From an uncultured Acidimicrobiia bacterium (GTDB taxonomy: Bacteria; Actinomycetota; Acidimicrobiia; Acidimicrobiales; AC-14): a stretch of DNA of 64,000 nucleotides. Within the stretch, counting starts at the first letter, position 1. Every line of letters begins with the position of its first letter. The position numbers and the translations under genes are program-made. The DNA lies in assembly GCA_963836205.1 (NCBI GenBank), contig CAWIIV010000014.1:128001-192000 (forward strand), given 5' to 3'. Below are positions 41,779-51,303 of this stretch, piece after piece. Under the pieces are notes generated by a model that ran no database searches, was not told the DNA's origin, and saw only the letters and a list, made by a program, of their open reading frames with translations.

Positions 41779-43004
41779 TCGAGGCCGCCTGTCATTCGAG
41801 GCCCGTCGAGGAGGTGGCCGAGGCGCTGCTGCTTGGTGCGGAGGTAGCGCAGGTTCTGGGTGGTGGGCACCGACTGGAGCGGCACCCGCTCCACGATGTC
41901 GAGCCCGAAGCCCTCCAGGCCGCCGTACTTGGCCGGGTTGTTGGTGAGCAGGCGCATGGTGGTGATGCCCAGGTCGACCAGGATCTGGGCGCCGATGCCG
42001 TACTCCCGGCTGTCGACGGGCAAGCCCAGCTGGAGGTTGGCGTCGACCGTGTCCGACCCCTGATCCTGGAGGGCGTAGGCCCGCAGCTTGTGAGCCAGGC
42101 CGATGCCCCGGCCCTCGTGGCCCCGCAGGTAGAGGACGACGCCGATGCCGGCCTCCGCCACCCGTTCCAGCGCCCCTTGCAGCTGGAGGCCGCAATCGCA
42201 GCGCAGCGACCCGAACACGTCGCCGGTGAGGCATTCGGAGTGGACCCGGACGAGCACGTTCTGCTCGCCCTGCACCGCGCCCCGGACCAGGGCCACGTGC
42301 TGGTCCCCGTCGAGGAGCGACTCGTAGACGTAGCAGGTGAAGTCGCCCCACTCGGTGGGGATCTGGGCCTCGGCCACCCGCTTCACCAGCTTCTCCGACT
42401 GGCGCCGGTGGCGGATGAGGTCGGCGATGGTGATGAGGAGCAGGCCGTGGGTGGCGGCGAAGGCCTCCAGCTCGGGGAGGCGGGCCATCGACGTCTTGTC
42501 CTCGGTGACCACCTCGCACAGCACCCCGGCCGGGACGAGGCCGGCCATGCGGGCCAGGTCGACCGCGGCCTCGGTGTGCCCGCCCCGCTTGAGCACGCCA
42601 CCCTCCCGGTAGCGCAGGGGGAAGACGTGGCCGGGGCGGGCCAGGTCGATCGGTGTGGTGGCGGGGTCGATGAGGGTGGCGATGGTGGCGGCCCGGTCGG
42701 CGGCCGAGATGCCGGTGGTGGTGACGTAGCGGGCGTCGACCGACACGGTGAAGGCGGTGCGGTTGGACTCGGTGTTGGCCGCCACCATCGGCGGCAGCTC
42801 GAGCTCGTCGAGGCGCTCGCCCAGCATCGGCAGGCAGATGACGCCCGACGTGTGGTTGAGGAAGAAGGCGATCTTCTCGGGCGTGGCGTACTCGGCGGCG
42901 ACGATGAGGTCGCCCTCGTTCTCCCGGTCGGCGTCGTCGACCACGACCACGATCTCGCCGCGGCCGAAGGCCTCCACGGCCTTGTCGATGGGGGCAAAGG
43001 GCAA
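41775..43004 (-). CDS. ribBA: Bifunctional DHBP synthase / GTP cyclohydrolase II
   Basis: [32 protein letters not shown]. Confidence 0.97.
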   Translation of the reverse strand: MPFAPIDKAVEAFGRGEIVVVVDDADRENEGDLIVAAEYATPEKIAFFLNHTSGVICLPMLGERLDELELPPMVAANTESNRTAFTVSVDARYVTTTGISAADRAATIATLIDPATTPIDLARPGHVFPLRYREGGVLKRGGHTEAAVDLARMAGLVPAGVLCEVVTEDKTSMARLPELEAFAATHGLLLITIADLIRHRRQSEKLVKRVAEAQIPTEWGDFTCYVYESLLDGDQHVALVRGAVQGEQNVLVRVHSECLTGDVFGSLRCDCGLQLQGALERVAEAGIGVVLYLRGHEGRGIGLAHKLRAYALQDQGSDTVDANLQLGLPVDSREYGIGAQILVDLGITTMRLLTNNPAKYGGLEGFGLDIVERVPLQSVPTTQNLRYLRTKQQRLGHLLDGPRMTGGLE

Positions 43005-43008
43005 CTGG

Positions 43009-43567
43009 TTACCGTCCCGGGAGGAGGCGCTCGACGTACTTGGCGATGAGGTCGAACTCGAGGTTCACCCGGTCGCCCGGCCGGCGGCCGCCCAGCGTGG
43101 TGACCTCGGCCGTGTGGGGGATGACGGCCACGGTGAACCCTTCGTCGGTCAAGTCAACCACCGTCAGGCTGACTCCGTCGACCGAGATCGACCCCTTCTC
43201 CACCAGGTAGCGGGTGTGGGGGCTGGCCACGCCCAGGTGGGGGGCGGCGCTGGTGATCCGGCCCACCGCGTCGACGTGGCCCTGGACCAGGTGTCCGCCG
43301 AGGCGGCCGTCGAGGCGGAGGGGTCGTTCGAGGTTGACCGGGTCGCCCGGCCGGAGGTCGCCGAGAGTGGTGCGGGAGAGGGTCTCGTCGACCACGTCGG
43401 CCGACCAGGTGGTGGGGGTGAGGTCGACCACGGTGAGGCAACAGCCGTTGACGGCGATGGAGTCGCCCAGGTGGGTACCGTCGAGGACGACGGCCGCCTC
43501 GAAGCGTGAAGCGGTGGTCGTGGCGCTGGCGGAGGCGGCCCCGTTCCTCGATCAGGCCGGTGAACAC
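43009..43567 (-). CDS. ribE: Riboflavin synthase (1-nt frameshift ~43503)
   Basis: MFTGLIEE start; [18 protein letters not shown] and [10 protein letters not shown] in the shifted frame. Confidence 0.93.
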
Positions 43568-44592
43568 GTTGGCTCCAGCTCGATGCGCAGATCGTCGCCC
43601 AGGCGGGTGACGGACACGATGCGGCCCCGCCACACGTCGTCGATGGTGGCCGCGCCGGGGCCGGCGAGGAGGGGACGGCCGTCGTCGCCGCCGGCCAGGG
43701 CGGGGGCGAGGTAGATCACGTAGCGGTCGACCAGCCCCGCCCGGTGGAACTCGCCGGCCACGGTGGGCCCGCCCTCGACCAGGACCTGGAGGGCGCCGAG
43801 GCCGCCGAGGTGGTCGAGGATCGGGCCGAGTTCGCCTTCGAGCTCGAGCGCGGGATGGACCTTGGCGCCCTCGGGGGCGTGGCCGAGGACGACCCGGAGG
43901 GGGTCCGTGCCGGCGACGTGGCGGACGGTGAGGGACGGGTCGTCGGCCCGGACGGTGCCGGCGCCGACGATGACGGCGTCGCTCTCGGCCCGGAGGCGGT
44001 GGGCGTCGGCCCGGGCCGCCTCGCCGGTGATCCACCGGCTGGAGCCGTCGGCGGCGGCGGTGCGCCCGTCGAGGGTGGCGGCCAGCTTGAGGACCACGTA
44101 GGGCCGGCCGGTGGTGCGGTGCCTGAGGTAGGGGGCGAGCTGGGCCCGCACCTCGTCGGCCCGGAGGCCGACGTCGACCTGGATGCCGGCTGACCGGAGC
44201 CGGGCGATACCGGCCCCCCGCACGCTGGGGTCGGGGTCCTCGATGGCGACGACCACCCGGGCGATGTCGGCGGCGATGATGGCGTCGGCGCACGGCGGGG
44301 TGCGGCCGAAGTGGGAGCACGGCTCGAGGGTCGTGTAGAGGGTGGCCCGTTCGGCGTGGGTGCCGGCCGCGTCGAGGGCGACGACCTCGGCGTGGTACCC
44401 GCCCGGGGGCTGGGTGGCCCCCTCGTAGCCGCCCGGCTCGATCACGCACCCCACCCACGGGTTGGGCGACGTGGACGTCCGCACTCCTGCCGCCAGGGCG
44501 ATGGCCCGGTCCATGGCCGCCTCGTCGCCGTCACGGGCCGGGTCATGTCGGTCGAGTGTGCGGAAATGTACGAAATGTGTACGTTCTCGCAC
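43552..44592 (-). CDS. ribD: Riboflavin biosynthesis deaminase/reductase (start probably ATG ~44514)
   Basis: SPNPWVGC, HAE, TLEPCSHFGRTPPC, VEGG. Confidence 0.95.
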   Translation of the reverse strand: MRERTHFVHFRTLDRHDPARDGDEAAMDRAIALAAGVRTSTSPNPWVGCVIEPGGYEGATQPPGGYHAEVVALDAAGTHAERATLYTTLEPCSHFGRTPPCADAIIAADIARVVVAIEDPDPSVRGAGIARLRSAGIQVDVGLRADEVRAQLAPYLRHRTTGRPYVVLKLAATLDGRTAAADGSSRWITGEAARADAHRLRAESDAVIVGAGTVRADDPSLTVRHVAGTDPLRVVLGHAPEGAKVHPALELEGELGPILDHLGGLGALQVLVEGGPTVAGEFHRAGLVDRYVIYLAPALAGGDDGRPLLAGPGAATIDDVWRGRIVSVTRLGDDLRIELEPTCSPA

Positions 44593-44600
44593 ACTCGACC
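44550..44600. repeat. Palindromic REP-like hairpin between mog and ribD
   Basis: GGTCGAGTGTGCG...CGCACACTCGACC, 13-bp arms. Confidence 0.7.
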
Positions 44601-44613
44601 TGGTGGGGGGCGG

Positions 44614-45090
44614 TCACGGGTGCTCCGTGGGGCGGCCGGCGAGGAGCTCGAGGGCGTGGGGCAGGACGTCGAGGACGGCCTCGAGGGTCTCCACCGACCC
44701 GGCCGTCGACCCCGGGGTGTTGAGGACGATGGCGGTGCCGACGGTGCCCGCCGCGGCCCGGGACAGGCGGCCCTTGTCGGGGTTGGTCGCCCGCATGGCC
44801 TCGGCCAGGCCGGGGGCGTGGCGGTCGAGGACGGCGACGGTGCCCTCGGGCGTGAGGTCGCGGGGTCCGAAGCCGGTGCCGCCGGTAGTAACCACCAGCC
44901 CCGCGAACCCGGCGGTGAGGCGGCGGAGGGCGTCGGCCACCGAATCGGTGCCGTCGGCCACGACCTCGTGGCTGACCACGTCGTAGCCGGCGGCCGTCAG
45001 CCGCTCGACCAGGGCCGCGCCCGACTTGTCCTGCCGGGTGCCGCCGACCACGCCGTCGGAGACGGTCAGCACCTTGGCCTGGAGGGTCAT
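44614..45090 (-). CDS. MogA/MoaB molybdenum cofactor biosynthesis protein
   Basis: LTVSD..DKSG, TTGGTGFGPRDLTPE, NTPGS. Confidence 0.92.
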   Translation of the reverse strand: MTLQAKVLTVSDGVVGGTRQDKSGAALVERLTAAGYDVVSHEVVADGTDSVADALRRLTAGFAGLVVTTGGTGFGPRDLTPEGTVAVLDRHAPGLAEAMRATNPDKGRLSRAAAGTVGTAIVLNTPGSTAGSVETLEAVLDVLPHALELLAGRPTEHP

Positions 45091-47027
45091 TGGTTGTCAG
45101 GGGCGCGCCGCTCGCTGACGAGCACGTTTCCCCCTCCCCCTTTCGATTCCGTGCGTGCGGTTTTCCCGCACACGGCTCACCGATGGTCTTCTGGACATGG
45201 TTACGCAGCCTTCGGGTAACGGATGGTGCCCATGAGCTGGTGCAGGCCCTGGTCGTGGAACCAGGCGTGCGTCCAACGCTCGGCCTGGCCGGCTCGCAGG
45301 TTGCGGCCCCGCTTCTTGATCAAGAGGCGCTTGAGCCGCCACACGACGTGCCGGTCGAGGGAGACGAACTTGTCGGCCGCGTTCCCGGTGCGGAAGTAGT
45401 TGCCCCATCCCCGAAGGAACAGGTTGAGGTCGTCGATCACGTCCTCCAACTCCAAACCGAGCCGGCTCCGACCGGTGAGGGCCTTGATTCGCAGTCGTGC
45501 CCGCTTCATGGACCGCTGTGACGGCCACCGGTGCAGGTAGTAGCGGACGATGCGCCGCTGCTCCCACAGGCGACCCGACATGCGGGCGTGAAGGTGACAG
45601 CCCAGGAAGTCGAAGCCCTCCTTGCCCTCCCGAAGATCGACCACGCGGGTCTTGTCCGGGTGCAGGCTCAGACCGAGGTCGCCCAACATGGCGGCTGCCC
45701 GCAATTGAGCTTCATCGGCTTGTTCCCGGGTCGTGCACAACACCACGAAGTCGTCCGCGTAGCGGACGAGCTCGCCGGTGCCGGACTCGGCCCAGGACCG
45801 GTCGAAGGCGTGCAGGTAGACGTTGGCCAGCAGCGGGGAGATGACCCCGCCCTGGGGCGTGCCCGTGACCGTCTCGGAGCGCACCCCCTCGACCAGCACC
45901 CCTGCACGCAGCCACTGGCGGATGAGCTTGAGCACCCGCCGGTCCGAGACGCGCCGTTCGACCTCGACCAGGAGGCGGTCGTGGTCGATCTGGCCGAAGA
46001 AGTCGCGGATGTCGGCCTCGAAGACGAACTGCCGTCCTCGGGGGAACGCCACCCGGATGGCTTCCAGGGCGTCGGTGGCCGAGCGCTTCGGTCGGAAACC
46101 GAAGCTGGTCGGCAGGAAGTCGGCCTCGAAGATGGGCTCGAGGACGATCTTGGCTGCCGCCTGGCACACCCGGTCGCGCACGGTGGGGATGCCCAGGGGC
46201 CGCATCCGGCCGTCGGGCTTGGGGATCTCCACCCGGCGCACAGGTGCCGGGCGGTAGTTGCCTGCACGGAGGTCACGGGAAAGCTCGTCGAGCATGCGCC
46301 CGACCCCGTAGTCCTCCACCGCCTCCAGGGTCAGACGATCGACCCCGGCGGCGCCACGATTGGCTCGGACCCGCCTCCACGCCTCCCACAGGACGTCACT
46401 CCGGTGGATGCGGTCGTACAGGGCGTGGAAGCGGCGACCCGGAGACTGCTTGGCCGCAGCCCATAGCCGGTTCTGGAGTTTTCGCACGTTGTCGACGGGC
46501 GTCTGCCCGGCGGGGGATTTGGACCGGGCGGTCCCGGCCATGCCCTTGTGCTTACCCCCATCGTCGGCGTGACCAAAGTCGGGGCCCTTCCCGCCGGCTG
46601 GCGGTACTACGACCCCGTCGGACTCCCGCTGCGCTCCGCTCGATTTCACCACTGGCTTATACGAGCGGTCTTTGCTGACGAGGCTGCGCAGACGGGTCTC
46701 TCCCCTTCCGAACCTGACCTTGCGTACGTGCCGCTCCCCATACCCCGGGGGGACCCGACCAGGGGCATTCCGGAACGCCAGTCGGTCGGACGTGGGCCTT
46801 GGCCGTGACATGAGCGGCTCGGCTCCCCCGTTGTACATCTGACGAGGCTGCAGGACTCACGCCTGGTGGCGCTACGGCCCGCACGCTTGCTCCCTCCGAA
46901 GAGGCTCTTGACGCCCCGCTCAGCCCGCCGCCTCTCGGCGACGAACCGGGGCCTGCTACCGGGCTCTCCGGCGATTACCCGGGCGGGACTCACACCCGCT
47001 GGTCTGGTCCAGCTTCGAGGACGCACC
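45089..47027 (-). mobile_element. Group II intron (~1.94 kb) inserted in the mog start codon
   Basis: 5' GTGCG at 47026; domain V GAGCCGTGTGCGGGAAAACCGCACGCACGGAATC; domain VI ending CCCCTGACAACCAAT. Boundary ambiguous by a few nt. Confidence 0.9.
45201..46838 (-). CDS. ltrA: Group II intron reverse transcriptase/maturase, no endonuclease domain (true start probably downstream, ~46541)
   Basis: RPLGIPTVRDR, GTPQGGVISPLLAN, YADD, FDFLG and maturase GWGNYF; ends without an HNH domain. Confidence 0.95.
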   Translation of the reverse strand: MYNGGAEPLMSRPRPTSDRLAFRNAPGRVPPGYGERHVRKVRFGRGETRLRSLVSKDRSYKPVVKSSGAQRESDGVVVPPAGGKGPDFGHADDGGKHKGMAGTARSKSPAGQTPVDNVRKLQNRLWAAAKQSPGRRFHALYDRIHRSDVLWEAWRRVRANRGAAGVDRLTLEAVEDYGVGRMLDELSRDLRAGNYRPAPVRRVEIPKPDGRMRPLGIPTVRDRVCQAAAKIVLEPIFEADFLPTSFGFRPKRSATDALEAIRVAFPRGRQFVFEADIRDFFGQIDHDRLLVEVERRVSDRRVLKLIRQWLRAGVLVEGVRSETVTGTPQGGVISPLLANVYLHAFDRSWAESGTGELVRYADDFVVLCTTREQADEAQLRAAAMLGDLGLSLHPDKTRVVDLREGKEGFDFLGCHLHARMSGRLWEQRRIVRYYLHRWPSQRSMKRARLRIKALTGRSRLGLELEDVIDDLNLFLRGWGNYFRTGNAADKFVSLDRHVVWRLKRLLIKKRGRNLRAGQAERWTHAWFHDQGLHQLMGTIRYPKAA

Positions 47028-47072
47028 ACGGCCCCGATGGTAGGTGCCCGATCGTTTGCGACGGCTCGGCGG

Positions 47073-47949
47073 TCACGTCCCCAGGCGTTCGCCCGGCTGG
47101 AGGCGGGCCCCGTTGCGCCAGGCGGCGGCCGGCTGCGCGCCCTTTCCCTCCGGTCGCACCTCCACCAGGGTGAGCGCCCCTCCCCCGCCGGTGCCCACGT
47201 CGAGGGTGGACGGGTCGAGCTCGCCCGCGGCCAGCCCCCGGCCCTCGACCGCGGCCAACGACGCCCGGGGCACGAGGAGTCGCCTGCCCCGGAACGTCGT
47301 CCACGCCTGGCCCAACCGCACCACCCGGTGAAGGTGCTCGGCCGACCGTGTCCAGTCGAGGTGGTGCTCCTCGGGTTCGATCTTGGCCGCGTAGGTGGTC
47401 TCCCCGACCTGGGGCGTCGGATTCCGGCAGGCCCTCGGCCAGCAGGCGCACGAGCAGTTCCGTCCCCTCGGCCGACAGCGCCGTCCGCAGCTCGTCGAGG
47501 GTGGCGTCGGGGCCGATCGGGTGCTCGACCGACGCGTAGACGGGGCCGGTGTCGAGTCCCTCCTCCAGGGCCATGACGCACACTCCCGTGACGTCGTCGC
47601 CGGCGAGGATGGCTCGCTCCACCGGCGCCGCCCCCCGCCAGCGGGGCAGGAGGGAGAAGTGGAGGTTCACCATGGGCAGGGCGTCGAGGACGTGGGGCTT
47701 GATCAGCCGGCCGTAGGCGACGACCACGCCCAGCTCGGCACCGACGCCGAGCACGTCGTCGACCTTGTCGGTGACGGGCAGGCCGAGCTCGCTGGCGGCC
47801 GCCTTCACCGGGCTGGGCAGCAGGGCACCACCCCGTCCCCGGCGCCGGTCGGGACGGCTCACCACCAGGGCGACGTCGTGGCCCGCGTCGACCAGCGCCC
47901 GTAGCGGGCCCACGGCGACCTCGGGCGTCCCCAGGAACGCCAGCCGCAC
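47073..47949 (-). CDS. fmt: Methionyl-tRNA formyltransferase (1-nt frameshift ~47423)
   Basis: AFLGTPE, NLHFSLLPRWRGAAP and EGLDTGP; TYAAKI continues in the shifted frame. Confidence 0.93.
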
Positions 47950-48455
47950 TAGACGCCGGCGATGCCGAGGGTGCGCTGGCGCAGGGCGCGCATGGCCTGC
48001 TTGCGCTGGACCGGGTCGAGCCGCTCCAGCAGCAGGATGCCGTCGAGGTGGTCGACCTCGTGCTGGAACATGCGGCCCAGGAGCTCGTCGCCCTCGATGG
48101 TGAGCGGCTTGCCGTCGACGTCGAACCCGGTGAGCAGCACCTGGCTGGGGCGCAGGATCGGCCAGTGGAGGTCGGGCACCGACAGGCAGCCCTCGACGTA
48201 CTCCCACTCCCCGTGGTGGTTGGTGAGGGTGGGGTTGACCACGATCCCCCAACCCGCCCCGTCCTGGATGTCGTAGACGAACATCCGCTTCTGGATGCCG
48301 ATCTGCGGTGCGGCCAGGCCCACGCCGGGCGCCTCGTACATGGTCTCCAGCATGTCGTCGGCCAGTCGCCGGAGGTCGGCGTCGAACTCGGTGACCTCCA
48401 AGGCGGGCTGCCGGAGGACGGGGTCGCCAAACGTGCGGATGGGAAAGAGAGCCAT
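47949..48455 (-). CDS. def: Peptide deformylase
   Basis: GVGLAAPQIG, EGCLS, QHEVDHLDG. Confidence 0.97.
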   Translation of the reverse strand: MALFPIRTFGDPVLRQPALEVTEFDADLRRLADDMLETMYEAPGVGLAAPQIGIQKRMFVYDIQDGAGWGIVVNPTLTNHHGEWEYVEGCLSVPDLHWPILRPSQVLLTGFDVDGKPLTIEGDELLGRMFQHEVDHLDGILLLERLDPVQRKQAMRALRQRTLGIAGV

Positions 48456-48607
48456 CGCCGTCGAGGCTACCCGCCGGTCCATCGCGCCCGGAGCCACCTG
48501 GTGGCCCGCTGATCGGGGCCCGGGACGCCCCGCAGTGTCACCAACCGCGGGCGCTGACATGATCGCCGGAACGTCGTGCTCCGGGCGATCTCGGACGTGA
48601 AGCTGGG

Positions 48608-48958
48608 CTAGGGCGACGAGCTGCCGGCGTCGAGGAGGTCGACCACGCCGGCCAGCTCCAAGACCCGGCGGACATGGGGCTTGGGTGAGCGGACCCGGAC
48701 CATGCCCCCGCGGCCGTGGATCGTGTTGCGGAAGGAGAGGAGGGCGCCGACGCCGGCGGCGTCGATGAAGTCCAATCGGCTGAGATCGACGGTGACGAGC
48801 GTCGGCCGCTCGGGGTCGTCGAGATCCTCCACCGAGGCCCGGAACTGGGCGGTGGTGGCCACGTCGAGCTCACCCTTGACCGCGAGGAGCACCGCCTCGC
48901 CTACCCGCAGCACCTCCGCCCGGAAGGCGTCGGGTGCGGGCCGGTTGCCCACGACCAC
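48608..48958 (-). CDS. STAS-domain anti-sigma factor antagonist
   Basis: GELDVAT, DLSRLDFIDAAG, VRRVLELAG. Confidence 0.85.
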   Translation of the reverse strand: MVVGNRPAPDAFRAEVLRVGEAVLLAVKGELDVATTAQFRASVEDLDDPERPTLVTVDLSRLDFIDAAGVGALLSFRNTIHGRGGMVRVRSPKPHVRRVLELAGVVDLLDAGSSSP

Positions 48959-49057
48959 GAGCCACCCCCTGCTCGCGTTTCCGGCAGGCCCCTGTTCTTG
49001 AGGACCGCCCGAAGTCTGACGTTCACGGTACCGGAACCCTGCCCGTCAGGGAAGGGC

Positions 49058-50821
49058 TCAAACCCGGTGGGGATCGACCTCCAGCCGCAGGCGGCCGGAG
49101 GGGCGGGGGGTGGCGGCCAGGGTGTCGGCGAGCACGACGTGGTCCGGGGCGCGGACCAGCCACCGCCCGTCGGCCGGACCGAGGACCTCGACTTCCGCGC
49201 CGAGGCCCTGGACGAAGGCGGGGGCGGCTTCGCCCGACACGACGGCCAGGGCCGTCTCCGGGGGCAAGCGCAGGGCCACCCGCCGGGCCGACTCCACCAG
49301 CGCGAAGCGGGACGGGTCGGCGTGGACGGCGGCGTCGAGGACCTCGTGGCCCGGGAGCCGGGTCTGGACCAGAATGCGCCCGCCGGAGCCGGGGTCGGAG
49401 CCGGGGCCGCGGCTGCGACCGCCGACCAGGCGGGCGGCCCGGACGATCAGGGCCAACGCCTGCTCGCCGGCGGTGTGGCGGGGGGCGAGCAGCTCCTGGT
49501 CGAAGTCGAGGAAGGCGACCGCGTGGGCGCCGGCCACCCGGTGGAGCACGGCCTCGGTGCCCACGAGCACGTTCGCGTCCGGCACCCGGCCGCCGTCGCC
49601 CGCCACGACCTCCGCCACCGGCCGCCCGGCCAGCAGCTCGAGCTCCTCGCGGGCCCGGGCCACCCCCACCCGGAGGGCCTTCATCCGGGTCGCCCCGCAG
49701 TTGGTGCACACCACCGGCCGGGTGGCCCCGCAGCGACGGCACTGGAGGACGCCGTCGCCCGCGTCAGCCATGGGGCCGGTGCACACCTCGCACCGGGCCA
49801 GCTCCCCGCACGCCCCGCACGCCAGCAGGAGGGCCCGGCCCTTGCGGTTGAGGACGCAGACCACCCGGCGGTCGGGGCCGGCCTGGCGGAGCAGGTCGAC
49901 CACGCGGGACGAGTAGAGGCCCGACCCCGGCGGCTCGTCCCGCCGGTCGACGACGTCGACGATGGGCCACCCCGCCCGCTCGTCGGCGCGGGACGGGGCC
50001 AGCAGCTCCGCTCCGGGCAGGGCCAGCGCCTCCAGCGACGGGTGGGGCGAGGTGAGGACGCACGGCACGCCCGCCCGCCGGGCCCGTTCGACGGCGACGT
50101 CGCGGGCGTTCCAGGTGGGCGCCCGCTCCTCCTGGTAGACCTCGTCGCCCTCGTCGAGCACGATCACCGCCCCCAGGTGGGGCCGGGGAGCCCACGCTCC
50201 CGCCCGCGCCCCCACCGCCACGCACCCACCGGCCGCAGCCATGGCCCAGTCGCGGGGGACCTCCGCCACCCGCACGCCCTGCCGGCGCAGCCGGGCGACC
50301 AGGAGCCCGGCGGCCGACAGCGACGGGGCCAGGACAAGGGCATCGGGCCGGGCCGCCGCCTCCAGGGCGAAGGGCAGGAGATCGTCGGCGGGCGGCGTCC
50401 GGACGACGGCCACGCCCGGTCGGGCGGCGAAGGCCTCGGCCACCAGCGACCCGGCCGGCGCCGCGGATGGTGCCGTCGAGGCCGGCGGCCGTGGGACCGT
50501 CGGCAGTCCCCGCACCGCGTGCGGCGGCGACGCCGACTTCAGCAGCGCCGAGCGCCGGCCGGCCCACCGCCAGGCGGCCCAGTCGGCCAGGTCGACCAGG
50601 TCGGCCGGGGGCCCCCAGCCCGTCACCTTGGCCAGCGGCTGCAACGGACGGTCGGTGGCAGCCTCGTCCGACAGTGCCACCACCCAGCCGCCGATGCGAC
50701 GCCCGGCCAGTGGCACCCGCACCATCGTCCCCACCCGGACGTCGGCCGCCATCGCCGGCGGGACCAGGTAGTCGAAGACCTTGGCGATGCCCGCCACGTC
50801 GGGCACCACCCGGGCGATCAC
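49058..50821 (-). CDS. priA: Primosomal protein N' (actinobacterial PriA, degenerate helicase motifs)
   Basis: FDYLVP..GTMVRVPL, LNRKG, four CxxC Zn motifs, LVQT; position between metK and def/fmt. Confidence 0.88.
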   Translation of the reverse strand: MIARVVPDVAGIAKVFDYLVPPAMAADVRVGTMVRVPLAGRRIGGWVVALSDEAATDRPLQPLAKVTGWGPPADLVDLADWAAWRWAGRRSALLKSASPPHAVRGLPTVPRPPASTAPSAAPAGSLVAEAFAARPGVAVVRTPPADDLLPFALEAAARPDALVLAPSLSAAGLLVARLRRQGVRVAEVPRDWAMAAAGGCVAVGARAGAWAPRPHLGAVIVLDEGDEVYQEERAPTWNARDVAVERARRAGVPCVLTSPHPSLEALALPGAELLAPSRADERAGWPIVDVVDRRDEPPGSGLYSSRVVDLLRQAGPDRRVVCVLNRKGRALLLACGACGELARCEVCTGPMADAGDGVLQCRRCGATRPVVCTNCGATRMKALRVGVARAREELELLAGRPVAEVVAGDGGRVPDANVLVGTEAVLHRVAGAHAVAFLDFDQELLAPRHTAGEQALALIVRAARLVGGRSRGPGSDPGSGGRILVQTRLPGHEVLDAAVHADPSRFALVESARRVALRLPPETALAVVSGEAAPAFVQGLGAEVEVLGPADGRWLVRAPDHVVLADTLAATPRPSGRLRLEVDPHRV

Positions 50822-50883
50822 CCGGCGAAGGGTAACCCCGAGTCGATAGCCTGGCCGGGCCGGATCTCCAGGGAAGGCAGGGC

Positions 50884-51303
50884 GTGGACGGGTCAGCAGC
50901 CGACGGGTTTCCCATTCACATCGAAGCCGGCAGCGATCGCTACGACGCCGACGATGACCGGTGGCGAAGCCAGGTGGGCGCCATGGCGGTCGCGCTCCAG
51001 CAGGAGGTCGGAGGGGTGCGGCGGGAGATCCGGCCGGGCCAGGGCACCAAGGGCGGCCCCGAGTCGCTCATCCTCGCCCTCGGGTCGGCGGGCGCCTTCA
51101 CCGCCGCGGTCCAGTTCTTCCGAGCCTGGCTGGGGCGAGACCGCACCCGCCGCCTCGACATCACCTGGACCGACGGGGATGGGGTCCAGCGCATCACGGT
51201 GAGCGGCGACGCCATCGACGACAACGCCATAGCCATCCTCGCCGCGGCCGCGGCCAACAGGATCGGAGGTGCGGGGTGGACCCTCGATACCGCGCCCTCC
51301 TGA
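50884..51303 (+). CDS. EACC1-like effector-associated small protein
   Basis: 139 aa with GTKG followed by hydrophobic LILALGSAGAFTAAVQFFRAWL; overlaps the caspase start. Recognised from memory of the family, not by HMM. Confidence 0.7.
   Translation: MDGSAADGFPIHIEAGSDRYDADDDRWRSQVGAMAVALQQEVGGVRREIRPGQGTKGGPESLILALGSAGAFTAAVQFFRAWLGRDRTRRLDITWTDGDGVQRITVSGDAIDDNAIAILAAAAANRIGGAGWTLDTAPS

Noticed and set aside
45201-46838. RT as a retron, DGR or defence RT
   Set aside because: The maturase domain, domains V/VI and 5' GUGCG identify a group II intron.
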